Source: a phage. Taken from it: a stretch of 64,000 bases of DNA. The notes under the pieces were generated by a model that searched no databases, was not told the origin of the DNA, and was given only the letters and a program-made list of their open reading frames with translations. The number at the start of each line of letters is the position of its first letter. The stretch's first letter is position 1. Both the position numbers and the translations under genes were made by a program. Shown one piece after another: positions 18,986 through 27,744 of this stretch. The stretch is taken from assembly GCA_031520405.1 (NCBI GenBank), contig GCA_031520405.1_4842.1, one strand, 5' to 3'.

Positions 18986-19441
18986 ATGAGCGAAACAAAA
19001 CTTGAAACGATGAAAACCGAAGATATAATGGCAGAATTGGAACCTCTTATTTCGGTAAATCCTGAAGACATGAACTTGGACCAAATGTCATTGAAAATTG
19101 GTCGTTCGTGGATGACTGTGCAACGCCATTATATTCGTGAAGGAAGATATCTGGAGTATCTAACTGGCAAATTCCGCCAAATAGATCTCTATTTACGCCG
19201 ATTTTATGCAGGGGAATTGCCGCCCAACGTTTATGTTGAACGCCCATTAAAAGTTCGACCCCTGAAATCTGATATAGATGTATGGGTAAAAGCAGATGAT
19301 GATTATATCGAATTGTCTAGCATGCTTCAAGAGCAGAAAGCCAAAGTCAAGTTCATCGAAAGTTGCTTAGATCGTTTGAACAAACTCGGATATGAAGTGA
19401 AGAATGCTATTGATTGGCGAAAATATTTGGATGGGATGTAA
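18986..19441 (+). CDS. hypothetical protein, possibly UvsY-like recombination mediator
   Basis: weak resemblance of N- and C-terminal segments to T4 UvsY; adjacent to UvsW. Confidence 0.35.
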   Translation: MSETKLETMKTEDIMAELEPLISVNPEDMNLDQMSLKIGRSWMTVQRHYIREGRYLEYLTGKFRQIDLYLRRFYAGELPPNVYVERPLKVRPLKSDIDVWVKADDDYIELSSMLQEQKAKVKFIESCLDRLNKLGYEVKNAIDWRKYLDGM

Positions 19442-20187
19442 TGGTTTCTCTACAGGCTTTGCGCAAACTTAATGACTTTGAAAATCGTCATCATACATTT
19501 CAGCAATATTCCTTGCCGTTTAAGGAACTGACTTGCGTAACTACCGAAAATGGTCGTCACTATGTTTCTCCCACTGGAGTCAAACTGACTTCAGTGACGA
19601 CCATGTTAGGGCGTACTGGTGACCACACATGGTTAGAAGCCTGGCGGGACAAGTTGGGGCATGAAGCTGCTGATATAGAAACGCATCGTTGCGCAGACCG
19701 TGGGGAAAAACTTCATTTGGCTTGTGAGTTGTATCTCAAAAACAGACCAATGAAAGAAGTTCTGGAAGCTGCAGGGGAATACGTGTTTATGTTCAAACAG
19801 GTTTTCCCCTACCTTAACAAAATGAGCAAGATATATGCACAAGAGATTCCATTATATAGCGAAGTCCTGGGTCTTGCTGGTCGTGTTGACCTCATCGGGG
19901 TTTACGAAGGAATTCCAAGCATAATCGATTTCAAAACATCCAACACCCTAAAAACTCGAAGCATGATAGAAGATTATAGTATTCAATTGTGTCTATACTC
20001 AGTCATGTTTCAACAAATGTTTAATGTCAAGATAGAGCGTTTAATCAATATTATATCCAACGAAAATGCCCTTGTTCCCACCATAATCGAATTCGATCGC
20101 AAAGACGTTATTTCTAAAATGTTTGACCGTGTCCGTCTGTATCACAAAATGGACAAAGAACAGAAAGGAATCTGGGCGGATCGCTAA
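19441..20187 (+). CDS. PD-(D/E)xK family nuclease-like protein
   Basis: GRVDLIG...IIDFKTS matches D...(D/E)xK core; ATG overlaps upstream stop (TAATG). Confidence 0.5.
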   Translation: MVSLQALRKLNDFENRHHTFQQYSLPFKELTCVTTENGRHYVSPTGVKLTSVTTMLGRTGDHTWLEAWRDKLGHEAADIETHRCADRGEKLHLACELYLKNRPMKEVLEAAGEYVFMFKQVFPYLNKMSKIYAQEIPLYSEVLGLAGRVDLIGVYEGIPSIIDFKTSNTLKTRSMIEDYSIQLCLYSVMFQQMFNVKIERLINIISNENALVPTIIEFDRKDVISKMFDRVRLYHKMDKEQKGIWADR

Positions 20188-20216
20188 ATACTCCATAATA
20201 TTGGGGGAAATTAGTG

Positions 20217-21716
20217 ATGTCTGAGATCCAAATAGTCAAAGTGAACGAAGTTAGAATGCGGATCCTTGCCGAGGATTATATCCGTGAAGAACTCAACGAT
20301 TACTTCAAATTTGAAGATCCTAATTTCCAACCGAATCCGTTCAGTAAATGGGACGGCGTAGTGCGGTTGTTCACAAAGAGTTCTGGGCTTATCGACATCG
20401 GCCTGTTATTTGAGGTGTTCAAATTCTGTAAGATGAACGGTTACACCATCAAATTAGATCCGGCCTTAAAATATATTCAAGATATTCCGGATGAAGAAAT
20501 TCATGCGTTCATCGATACATTGAATGCGGTGTACCGAGACGAAAACAAACAATATCAAAAAGCGATTGTCCGCGATTATCAATTTGATTCTGTTGCCACA
20601 GCAATACGCCAAAGCAGATGTGTCCTCGAAGCTGCCACGAGTGCTGGCAAATCCTTTATTTTGTACATCATGGCGCGTTACTACAGGCAACGCAGAGATG
20701 CCCTCGAAAGTAATCTGAGGACGTTAATCGTTGTACCATCCATTCATTTGGTGACTCAGTTGTATGACAACTTCGAAGAATATAGCCACGGGACAGAATG
20801 GAAACCATTGATGAATGTCCAGACAATATACGAAGGGGCAACGAAAGAGATTTTCAAACCCATAGTTATTTCAACTTGGCAAGGTATCCAGAACCAACCC
20901 AAAGAGTGGTTCCATCAATTTGGAGATATCGTCGTCGACGAAGTACATACATCAAAATCAGATAAATTGTCTTACATCTTGAATAACTGTATTAACGCTG
21001 ATCAACGTTTGGGAGTAACCGGAACCCTGGCGAATACAAAGGTCGCAGGGTTACAAGTCGTTGCTCACTTTGGCGCATATCATAAAATTATTACAGCGCG
21101 CGATTTAATCGATCTAGGATATGCGGCAGACATCAATGTTAATATGATTGAAGTCATACATCCTATGGCAGACTGTATTGAAATGCACGGTGCTGAGTAT
21201 CAAAAGGAAATAGAATTCCTCATTGCTAACGAACGCCGCAATGAATTGATAGCTCGAATGGCTCTATCTTTGAAAGGGAACGTCGCAGTAATGTTCGAAC
21301 GTATCGATGCACACATGATGTTGGTTTATGAAATGCTATCGACAGTCAAGAAAAACGTATTCGTCATCAACGGGGAAGTCAAGACAGAAGTTCGTAAACA
21401 GATTCAGGCTGCTATGGAAGAAGGTGAAGATATAACACTGTTGGCTTCATACGGTACTATGCAACAGGGCGTATCTATCAAAAAACTCCATCATCTGATA
21501 TTGGCCCATCCCAGCAAATCTTATATCCGTGTTATACAGACATTGGGGCGTTTGATGCGTCAGCATTCCTCTAAGGATGTTGCGCGAATCTGGGACCTGG
21601 TAGACAACCTGCGTTACAACGGTTCCTACAACCATGCTCTCAGGCATTCTCATGAGAGATATAAATTTTATCTTATGGAGCGCCACCCTGTTAAAATGAA
21701 AAAAGTGGCGCTCTAA
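20217..21716 (+). CDS. uvsW: UvsW-like SF2 DNA helicase
   Basis: ATSAGKSFILYIMARYY and TWQGIQNQPKEWFHQFG...DEVH closely match T4 UvsW; similar length. Confidence 0.85.
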   Translation: MSEIQIVKVNEVRMRILAEDYIREELNDYFKFEDPNFQPNPFSKWDGVVRLFTKSSGLIDIGLLFEVFKFCKMNGYTIKLDPALKYIQDIPDEEIHAFIDTLNAVYRDENKQYQKAIVRDYQFDSVATAIRQSRCVLEAATSAGKSFILYIMARYYRQRRDALESNLRTLIVVPSIHLVTQLYDNFEEYSHGTEWKPLMNVQTIYEGATKEIFKPIVISTWQGIQNQPKEWFHQFGDIVVDEVHTSKSDKLSYILNNCINADQRLGVTGTLANTKVAGLQVVAHFGAYHKIITARDLIDLGYAADINVNMIEVIHPMADCIEMHGAEYQKEIEFLIANERRNELIARMALSLKGNVAVMFERIDAHMMLVYEMLSTVKKNVFVINGEVKTEVRKQIQAAMEEGEDITLLASYGTMQQGVSIKKLHHLILAHPSKSYIRVIQTLGRLMRQHSSKDVARIWDLVDNLRYNGSYNHALRHSHERYKFYLMERHPVKMKKVAL

Positions 21717-21721
21717 CTATT

Positions 21722-22087
21722 TCAAAGATCTTGGTTCACATAGGCGGGGGTTGCCTCGCCTTCTTTGTTGGAACCAAATAAACAGTCGATCGTGCCAATA
21801 CATTGTTGTAGCACTTTCGGCTCAAGAATCTGAGAAAACAATTCTTCATTAGATGCCAGCAATGGAACAACTTTCACTTCCCGCGCCTGGCCTTGTTGAA
21901 TAATGCCAACATACAGACCTTTGTTATTTGGGAGTAATGGTATCACCATCATCGGTGTCACAACAAACCCCGATGTACAGAAAAGGCTTTGTAAATAAAC
22001 GCCTTTTAATGACGAACGTTGTTCTGATATGGAAAGAATTGCTTCTTGGTCTTCCCCTACTGCGTATAAACCAACAAATTGCTTCAT
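21722..22087 (-). CDS. hypothetical protein (reverse strand)
   Basis: 121-aa reverse ORF with no competing forward ORF; convergent with uvsW. Confidence 0.45.
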   Translation of the reverse strand: MKQFVGLYAVGEDQEAILSISEQRSSLKGVYLQSLFCTSGFVVTPMMVIPLLPNNKGLYVGIIQQGQAREVKVVPLLASNEELFSQILEPKVLQQCIGTIDCLFGSNKEGEATPAYVNQDL

Positions 22088-22425
22088 ATGTATTTCTCGC
22101 GTGTTAGCAAACTTGGCTACATAATAATGTCATGCTCTGTTTAGACCAAATAAAATATTTTAATTGTTGAATAAAAATCGCTTTCTTGTTGAACAATCCG
22201 TGCGTAATATACGAGTTGTGAGCTTTGCGAGCAACGAGTATTATCACGAGCGAAGCGAGTAGACTGATAAAGAAAGGTTTTATTAAAACAGAATATTATA
22301 AATGCCGTCAGGCATTTATTTATCGCGCGTAGGGCAATTTATCACTTGTTCTATAACTACAAACACGCGATACTAATTTGCGTCAAATATGACTTGAACC
22401 CCACTATATTTTGAGGATACAACTA

Positions 22426-23094
22426 ATGCAAGAGATCACTCTCTCCGAACGCACTTTACAACTGCTGGCTAACTTTGAAACCATCTGCCCCTCTATCGTT
22501 CTGGCACCTGGTAAAAAGTTGCGCACTGTTAACGATTCCAGTACAGTTATCGCTATTGCCGACATTGACGAAGACTTCCCGTTCGAATTCCCGATTCTGG
22601 ATCTGACCAAATTGCTGGCAATCCAGCGTCTGCCGAGTTTTAAAGGCGGTAAAATTGAAATGTCGGAAGACCACATTTTGCTGAAAGGTGAAAACTCCCA
22701 ACTGCAATTCTGGCGTTCCGCTAAAGAACTGACTGTCGTTCCAGCAGACAGCATCGATCTTCCGTCTGTAGAATTTGAAGCAACAGTCACTCCTGAAAAA
22801 ATGAAAGAGCTGACTCGCGCCTGTTCTACTCTGGGCCACAAAACTGTACGCCTGGTGGCCAGCGGCGGTAAAACTCGTCTGGTGGGCACGACCACTACTA
22901 TCGACAATTCCAACGATTACACTGTTGAGTTGGGTGAAACAACTCTGGGTGATTTTGCTATGCCTGTTGATGTGGTCAACCTGAAAATGATCGAAGGCAA
23001 CTATGTGATCCGCGCCTGTGCCGAAATGCAACTGGTTAACTTCCAATCCGCAGATGGCACCATCAACTATTACGTCGGCATGCAGCTGGATTAA
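22426..23094 (+). CDS. sliding clamp (gp45-like)
   Basis: length, position before clamp loader, and loose similarity to T4 gp45; ATG 22426 (track start is alternative codon). Confidence 0.8.
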   Translation: MQEITLSERTLQLLANFETICPSIVLAPGKKLRTVNDSSTVIAIADIDEDFPFEFPILDLTKLLAIQRLPSFKGGKIEMSEDHILLKGENSQLQFWRSAKELTVVPADSIDLPSVEFEATVTPEKMKELTRACSTLGHKTVRLVASGGKTRLVGTTTTIDNSNDYTVELGETTLGDFAMPVDVVNLKMIEGNYVIRACAEMQLVNFQSADGTINYYVGMQLD

Positions 23095-23123
23095 TCAATA
23101 ACGATTCGGCGCTTTATTATCGG

Positions 23124-23146
23124 TGGCGGGGTTTCCCCGCCCTTTG
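23124..23146 (+). terminator. hairpin terminator-like element
   Basis: GGCGGGG-TTTC-CCCGCC hairpin with weak T-run. Confidence 0.45.
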
Positions 23147-23171
23147 AAACGTTTTATCTAAAGAGGCTGCA

Positions 23172-24161
23172 ATGTCTAACATCACTATCGTCACAGATCA
23201 ATACGCGTGGGAAAACAAATATCGCCCTGACAATCTGGATGAGATCGTCCTCCCTTCAGACGTCCGTGCAAAAATCCATGGCTATGTTACATCAGGCAAT
23301 GGAAACATCCCCTCAATGCTGTTCTATTCCCCTCAGCCTGGTACGGGCAAGACTACTTCTGCTCTGGCTGTTTGCAACGAAATCGGTTGTATCAAACCGT
23401 TGATGATCAATGCGTCACTGGATAACAGCATTGATGTCATCCGTGACCGTGTTATTCAATACGCAACTGGCGTCAGTGTTTTCGGTGGCCGCAAAGTCGT
23501 TATCCTCGATGAAGTTGAGCGACTTTCCATGGCGGCGCAGGAATCCCTGAAAGGCATCGTAGAGAAAGTCTCAAAAAACTGCTCCTTCATCCTGACGACT
23601 AATGCGAAACAGCGCGTTAACGAACCTCTGCGTTCCCGCTGTCGTGAAATTGATTTTATCTGGTCTGAAAAGGAAGCAGATGAAGTTAAACTTCAATTCA
23701 TGCGTCGTTGCGCAACTATCCTGACAGAGGAAGGCATTCCGTATGAAGCTGGTGTAATTGCTTCCATTGTGAAATCATATTTCCCAGATAATCGCAAAAT
23801 TATGGGAACTCTTCAGGATAATGCCACCACGTTTGGTAAAATCGATGAACGCGCTCTGGCACAGGTTAAAGCAGGGGAATTCCAAGCGTTGGTGGATTTC
23901 CTAAAAACCAATGATTGGGCTGGGATGAAGCAGTGGGTGACCGACAACCAAAACTACATCACTGAAGATTTTTATTCCCGTTTCTTCCATTTCTGCGTTC
24001 CCCAGAACAAGGAAAAGACTCCTTTGATTCAAAACGAGTCAATCCCTGATCTGGTATGCGTCTGTGGTCAGTCTCAGATTGAACATCGTTCCGTCGGCGA
24101 CGTCTGGTTACACGGCGTTTACTTCTTGACTAACGTCATGCTCAACATCAAATGGAAGTAA
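23172..24161 (+). CDS. clamp loader large subunit (gp44-like AAA+ ATPase)
   Basis: Walker A PQPGTGKTT, Walker B ILDEVE, SRC-like RSRC motif. Confidence 0.85.
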   Translation: MSNITIVTDQYAWENKYRPDNLDEIVLPSDVRAKIHGYVTSGNGNIPSMLFYSPQPGTGKTTSALAVCNEIGCIKPLMINASLDNSIDVIRDRVIQYATGVSVFGGRKVVILDEVERLSMAAQESLKGIVEKVSKNCSFILTTNAKQRVNEPLRSRCREIDFIWSEKEADEVKLQFMRRCATILTEEGIPYEAGVIASIVKSYFPDNRKIMGTLQDNATTFGKIDERALAQVKAGEFQALVDFLKTNDWAGMKQWVTDNQNYITEDFYSRFFHFCVPQNKEKTPLIQNESIPDLVCVCGQSQIEHRSVGDVWLHGVYFLTNVMLNIKWK

Positions 24162-24165
24162 TATT

Positions 24166-24588
24166 ATGGCCGCTCCGTCACTGTTCGATTACCTCGGTGC
24201 GTTGAATAGCACCAAAGAGAATCTGTTGATGACCGAAGACCCCGAAATCAGAAAGGCATTTGATCCTTTCATGACTCGGCGCGGCCTTGCTCAGAGTAAA
24301 GACACGCTTGTGGTTGCCGAACAAATGAACCGCTTCCATGCCATTACTCCTTGGATGCAATGGAACCTGGCGTTTCATAGCATTCCGGCAAAACGTCGCT
24401 ATGACAAGTGGTCTAAGAAGGGAGCTATGGATCCTGATGTGAAATTGATTTCTGAGTATTATTACATCAGTCCTGAAAAGGCTTCAGAATATGTTCGATT
24501 CCTGCCGAAAGAAGTCCTGGCTGAAATCAAGGCGAAGGTCGAACGTTCCAACAGCAACGAAAAAGCCAAACCGCGCAAGGCTAAGTAA
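24166..24588 (+). CDS. clamp loader small subunit (gp62-like)
   Basis: synteny directly after gp44-like gene and before regA. Confidence 0.6.
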   Translation: MAAPSLFDYLGALNSTKENLLMTEDPEIRKAFDPFMTRRGLAQSKDTLVVAEQMNRFHAITPWMQWNLAFHSIPAKRRYDKWSKKGAMDPDVKLISEYYYISPEKASEYVRFLPKEVLAEIKAKVERSNSNEKAKPRKAK

Positions 24589-24617
24589 TTCAAATAATTG
24601 TTAAAGGGGTATGAGTC

Positions 24618-25082
24618 ATGGCGCGTAATACGCTGGACATCTTAAAACTTTCAGCTGTCAACGATGAGGCCAGCATTGTTGACTGTATGGTTGAAGTCCA
24701 ATTGAACCAAGACAAACCAGGGATTTTCCTGGGTATCAAGGAAACGCTGAGTCGGATAGGGGTTAACACTCGTCAAGAGCCTAACACCTTGTATCAAACG
24801 TGCCATATCCTGCATAAATTTGGCAGATATCACATCGTGCATTTCAAGCATTTGTTCATGCTAGATGGGCACTACAACGGCTTTACGCGTGAAGATGTCC
24901 TGCGTATGAATCGGATTATACGGCTTCTGGAGCAATGGAATATGGTTAAGATCTTGCATCCGGAACAAATAACCGAAGTGGCTGACATGTCTCGGATCAA
25001 AGTTGTAAAACATGACCAAGTTTCTGAGTGGAAATTGGTTCCAAAATACACTATTCGCCCAAGTCGGGCAAAAAGCGAATAA
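24618..25082 (+). CDS. regA: translational repressor RegA
   Basis: LYQTCHILHKFGRYHIVHFKH and EWKLVPKYTI match T4 RegA. Confidence 0.85.
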   Translation: MARNTLDILKLSAVNDEASIVDCMVEVQLNQDKPGIFLGIKETLSRIGVNTRQEPNTLYQTCHILHKFGRYHIVHFKHLFMLDGHYNGFTREDVLRMNRIIRLLEQWNMVKILHPEQITEVADMSRIKVVKHDQVSEWKLVPKYTIRPSRAKSE

Positions 25083-25098
25083 CTGGAGTCGCTATATT

Positions 25099-25968
25099 AT
25101 GACAACTACATTTAATAAAAACGTGAGATTGAATTTGGCCTTTGGTAATGCGGCTGGAGATATTACAGCCCCTGACTTCGGTAAAATTCGCAATCAGGCC
25201 AAACTGGTTCTGGAAGAGACCCGCGAATTACTGGAAGCGGCTTATTTCGACCACGAGGTGAAAATTGAGTTCACTGCATCTCCGCGAGTCCTGAAAGAAC
25301 CTGCTGTTGTCGACATCAAAGACATTATGCGCCAGATTTTGGACGCTCAGGGCGACATCACAACAGTCAATGACGGCGTGGCACACATTGCTGGTTTCAA
25401 CGGCGATGAGTGCTTGCAGCGTGTTTATGCCTCCAACATGAGCAAATTTATTCGCTCAGAAGATGAAGTCGGTCCGGCACTGGAATATTATTATTCACGC
25501 GGTTTCCCAGTTGGCCAGTTACGCGTTGAAGGTGAATTCCCTCAGGCATGCATCAAAGTGAATGAGACTGTGATGTGGAATGGCAAAGAATATCCGAAAG
25601 GAAAATTCCTGAAAAACATGGCTGTGTTCAAAGAGCCTGATTTCTCTGATATGCTGACGAATACCCCTTCCCGTCAGATCAATGACATCGTTGTCAGCAT
25701 GGCAATTGAAGAAGGACAGGTATTTGTTGATGATCTGAACGGCGTGGCGTTGGTATCTCCAAAAACGTTGGAAGTAATTCTTTCTATGGCAGTTGAAAAA
25801 TCTTCTCGACCCGTAGATGTTAACGGCCAAATTGAAAGTTATGTGCCAGCGTATATCATTAACGATACCAATATGCCTAAGCTGTGTGGGGTGTGGGGTG
25901 CTAATGTTCGTGTATACGCGTGCGCACCTGTTCAAAACACTGTGACACACCTCTCTCGCTTCGATTAA
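25099..25968 (+). CDS. hypothetical protein (possible MazG-like NTP pyrophosphohydrolase N-terminal domain)
   Basis: ATG 25099 with GGAG RBS; LVLEETRELLEA helix reminiscent of MazG-type EExxE motif, weak. Confidence 0.5.
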   Translation: MTTTFNKNVRLNLAFGNAAGDITAPDFGKIRNQAKLVLEETRELLEAAYFDHEVKIEFTASPRVLKEPAVVDIKDIMRQILDAQGDITTVNDGVAHIAGFNGDECLQRVYASNMSKFIRSEDEVGPALEYYYSRGFPVGQLRVEGEFPQACIKVNETVMWNGKEYPKGKFLKNMAVFKEPDFSDMLTNTPSRQINDIVVSMAIEEGQVFVDDLNGVALVSPKTLEVILSMAVEKSSRPVDVNGQIESYVPAYIINDTNMPKLCGVWGANVRVYACAPVQNTVTHLSRFD

Positions 25969-25992
25969 TATAATCCGTTATTCACTAAACAA

Positions 25993-26019
25993 CAGAGGCT
26001 ATAATGGCCTCTGTTTTTT
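25993..26019 (+). terminator. rho-independent terminator
   Basis: CAGAGGC-TATAATG-GCCTCTG hairpin then T6. Confidence 0.6.
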
Positions 26020-26038
26020 GTATTCTAGAGAGGATACC

Positions 26039-27244
26039 ATGAAAGATAAACCGTGTGACATTCCTTATTGCGGTGTTCGGGAAGCTAAAATTAAATCTGC
26101 ACATCCCATGTTAAGCCCATTCCATAAACAACTCGCATACGAATGGATGAGCGAGCGTTATAAGATCCACGTGAGAAAGGACGTCCAGCGTCTTCCTGCT
26201 CCTTGGACGGATAATCCCATACTACGGCAGGTCAAGTTCTGTAACGTCCGGAGAGAGCACGATAGGCAGTCTCGAAATTTGATCAATAATATCATCCTCG
26301 ATCAGGATCTCACGCTATCTGACAAAATGTTTAACTGTGTATTGTTCCGCATGTACAACATGTGGGAACCTATACAGGCTTTGGGTGGTCCATGGACGAT
26401 CGAAGAATTCGGAAACATAAATCTTGAATGGTGTCGAGATGTTCTTCAGGAATTCGAATCTAAAGGTGGCAAAGTTTTCACCAATGCGTTTAATACAGGC
26501 GGTCTGAAACAATGCCTGGCTTTCCCTGAACTAGTTGTCAACCACAAGGAGCAACGCTTTGGCGGCATGAAGGTAAAAGTCCATCGGGTTGGCGGTGTTA
26601 TAGATGAAATGGATTACAAGGTTGCCAAGAAGCTGGCCGAAGATAATCCTGGTGAATACAAAATAGAAGGCTGGGAACCATACATGCCGATGCGAGTCAT
26701 CCGCTCTTTGAAGGCATTCGTCAACAAACACCCTCATTACTTTGATCGCCTCAGGGAATTTAGCCGTCCCGACTCTGTTTACCAGGCGATGTATGACGAC
26801 ATTGAGGGGCTTGGACCATTCTTGGCATACCAGATTTGGGTTGATTTTACATACATCGATGAATATCCATTCAGTGAAAACCACTTCACTATCGCTGGTC
26901 CAGGTTGCCGTGCTGGTATCGATCTGTTATTTTTGGACAAGGACGGCATGACGCATGAAGAATGCATATTCTGGGTTCGTGATCATCAAGATCAATTGTT
27001 CGCTCAGTACGGGTATAAACGTAATGAATTTTGGTCGGCAGAAGAACCGGAAGACCGTTGCATGAATGTTATGCAGTTGGAGAACATGTTCTGTGAACTT
27101 CAGAAATATACCCGCTGCGTTGAGGCGGTGATGCGCGGGGAGAAACCTCGAGGAAAGGTGGGGTATAATGGTGGTGAAGTTAATCAGCCATTACAGAAGA
27201 CTCCCGTTCGTTCTATTAATCTGTTAGAGAAGATGAAAAAATGA
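26039..27244 (+). CDS. hypothetical protein (401 aa)
   Basis: ATG with GAGAGGA RBS (track start 26018 is TTG); no domain confidently recognised. Confidence 0.5.
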   Translation: MKDKPCDIPYCGVREAKIKSAHPMLSPFHKQLAYEWMSERYKIHVRKDVQRLPAPWTDNPILRQVKFCNVRREHDRQSRNLINNIILDQDLTLSDKMFNCVLFRMYNMWEPIQALGGPWTIEEFGNINLEWCRDVLQEFESKGGKVFTNAFNTGGLKQCLAFPELVVNHKEQRFGGMKVKVHRVGGVIDEMDYKVAKKLAEDNPGEYKIEGWEPYMPMRVIRSLKAFVNKHPHYFDRLREFSRPDSVYQAMYDDIEGLGPFLAYQIWVDFTYIDEYPFSENHFTIAGPGCRAGIDLLFLDKDGMTHEECIFWVRDHQDQLFAQYGYKRNEFWSAEEPEDRCMNVMQLENMFCELQKYTRCVEAVMRGEKPRGKVGYNGGEVNQPLQKTPVRSINLLEKMKK

Positions 27245-27648
27245 AACCCGTAAAACATCATCGTTCATGGAAAGTATGCCCAGCGTGTTCAAGTCGGGCG
27301 ACAAAATTGTTCAACATGAATACTGGGAAATATGAATGTCAAGTCTGTCGGCATCATTATGATGATCCAAAATGTCGATCTTTGGTCGACAAAATTTATA
27401 AATTTATCATTTTGTTGGGTAATTGCGAGCAATATCAATATACCGTGTATGGTGATAGTTTAAGCCAGATCGATAAACATCTTTTGAAATTGATTTCGAA
27501 ATACGATAAAGAAAGCAAGCGCCCTGTGCGCGTTGTGAGTACTCCAAAGGGTTATCCAAAGGGAACAAGATCAGTTACGGTTGTTGGTTACACCAGTTAT
27601 GACGGGAAACGGTTCAGAAGTATTCGAGTAAACATGATTCCCGTTTAA
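27241..27648 (+). CDS. zinc-ribbon protein
   Basis: CPAC...CQVC pair near N-terminus; ATGA overlap with upstream gene. Confidence 0.45.
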   Translation: MKPVKHHRSWKVCPACSSRATKLFNMNTGKYECQVCRHHYDDPKCRSLVDKIYKFIILLGNCEQYQYTVYGDSLSQIDKHLLKLISKYDKESKRPVRVVSTPKGYPKGTRSVTVVGYTSYDGKRFRSIRVNMIPV

Positions 27649-27744
27649 ACTTTTCAATAAATCTTTTCAGCGTATATTGACCTCACTTTAACGACGCGCC
27701 CCGATAAGGGCGCTCACTTTGAACTGAAACAGGAAGACTATACC

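Noticed and set aside
22456-23046. 196-aa reverse ORF within the sliding clamp gene
   Set aside because: Antisense to a conserved replication gene; no supporting signals
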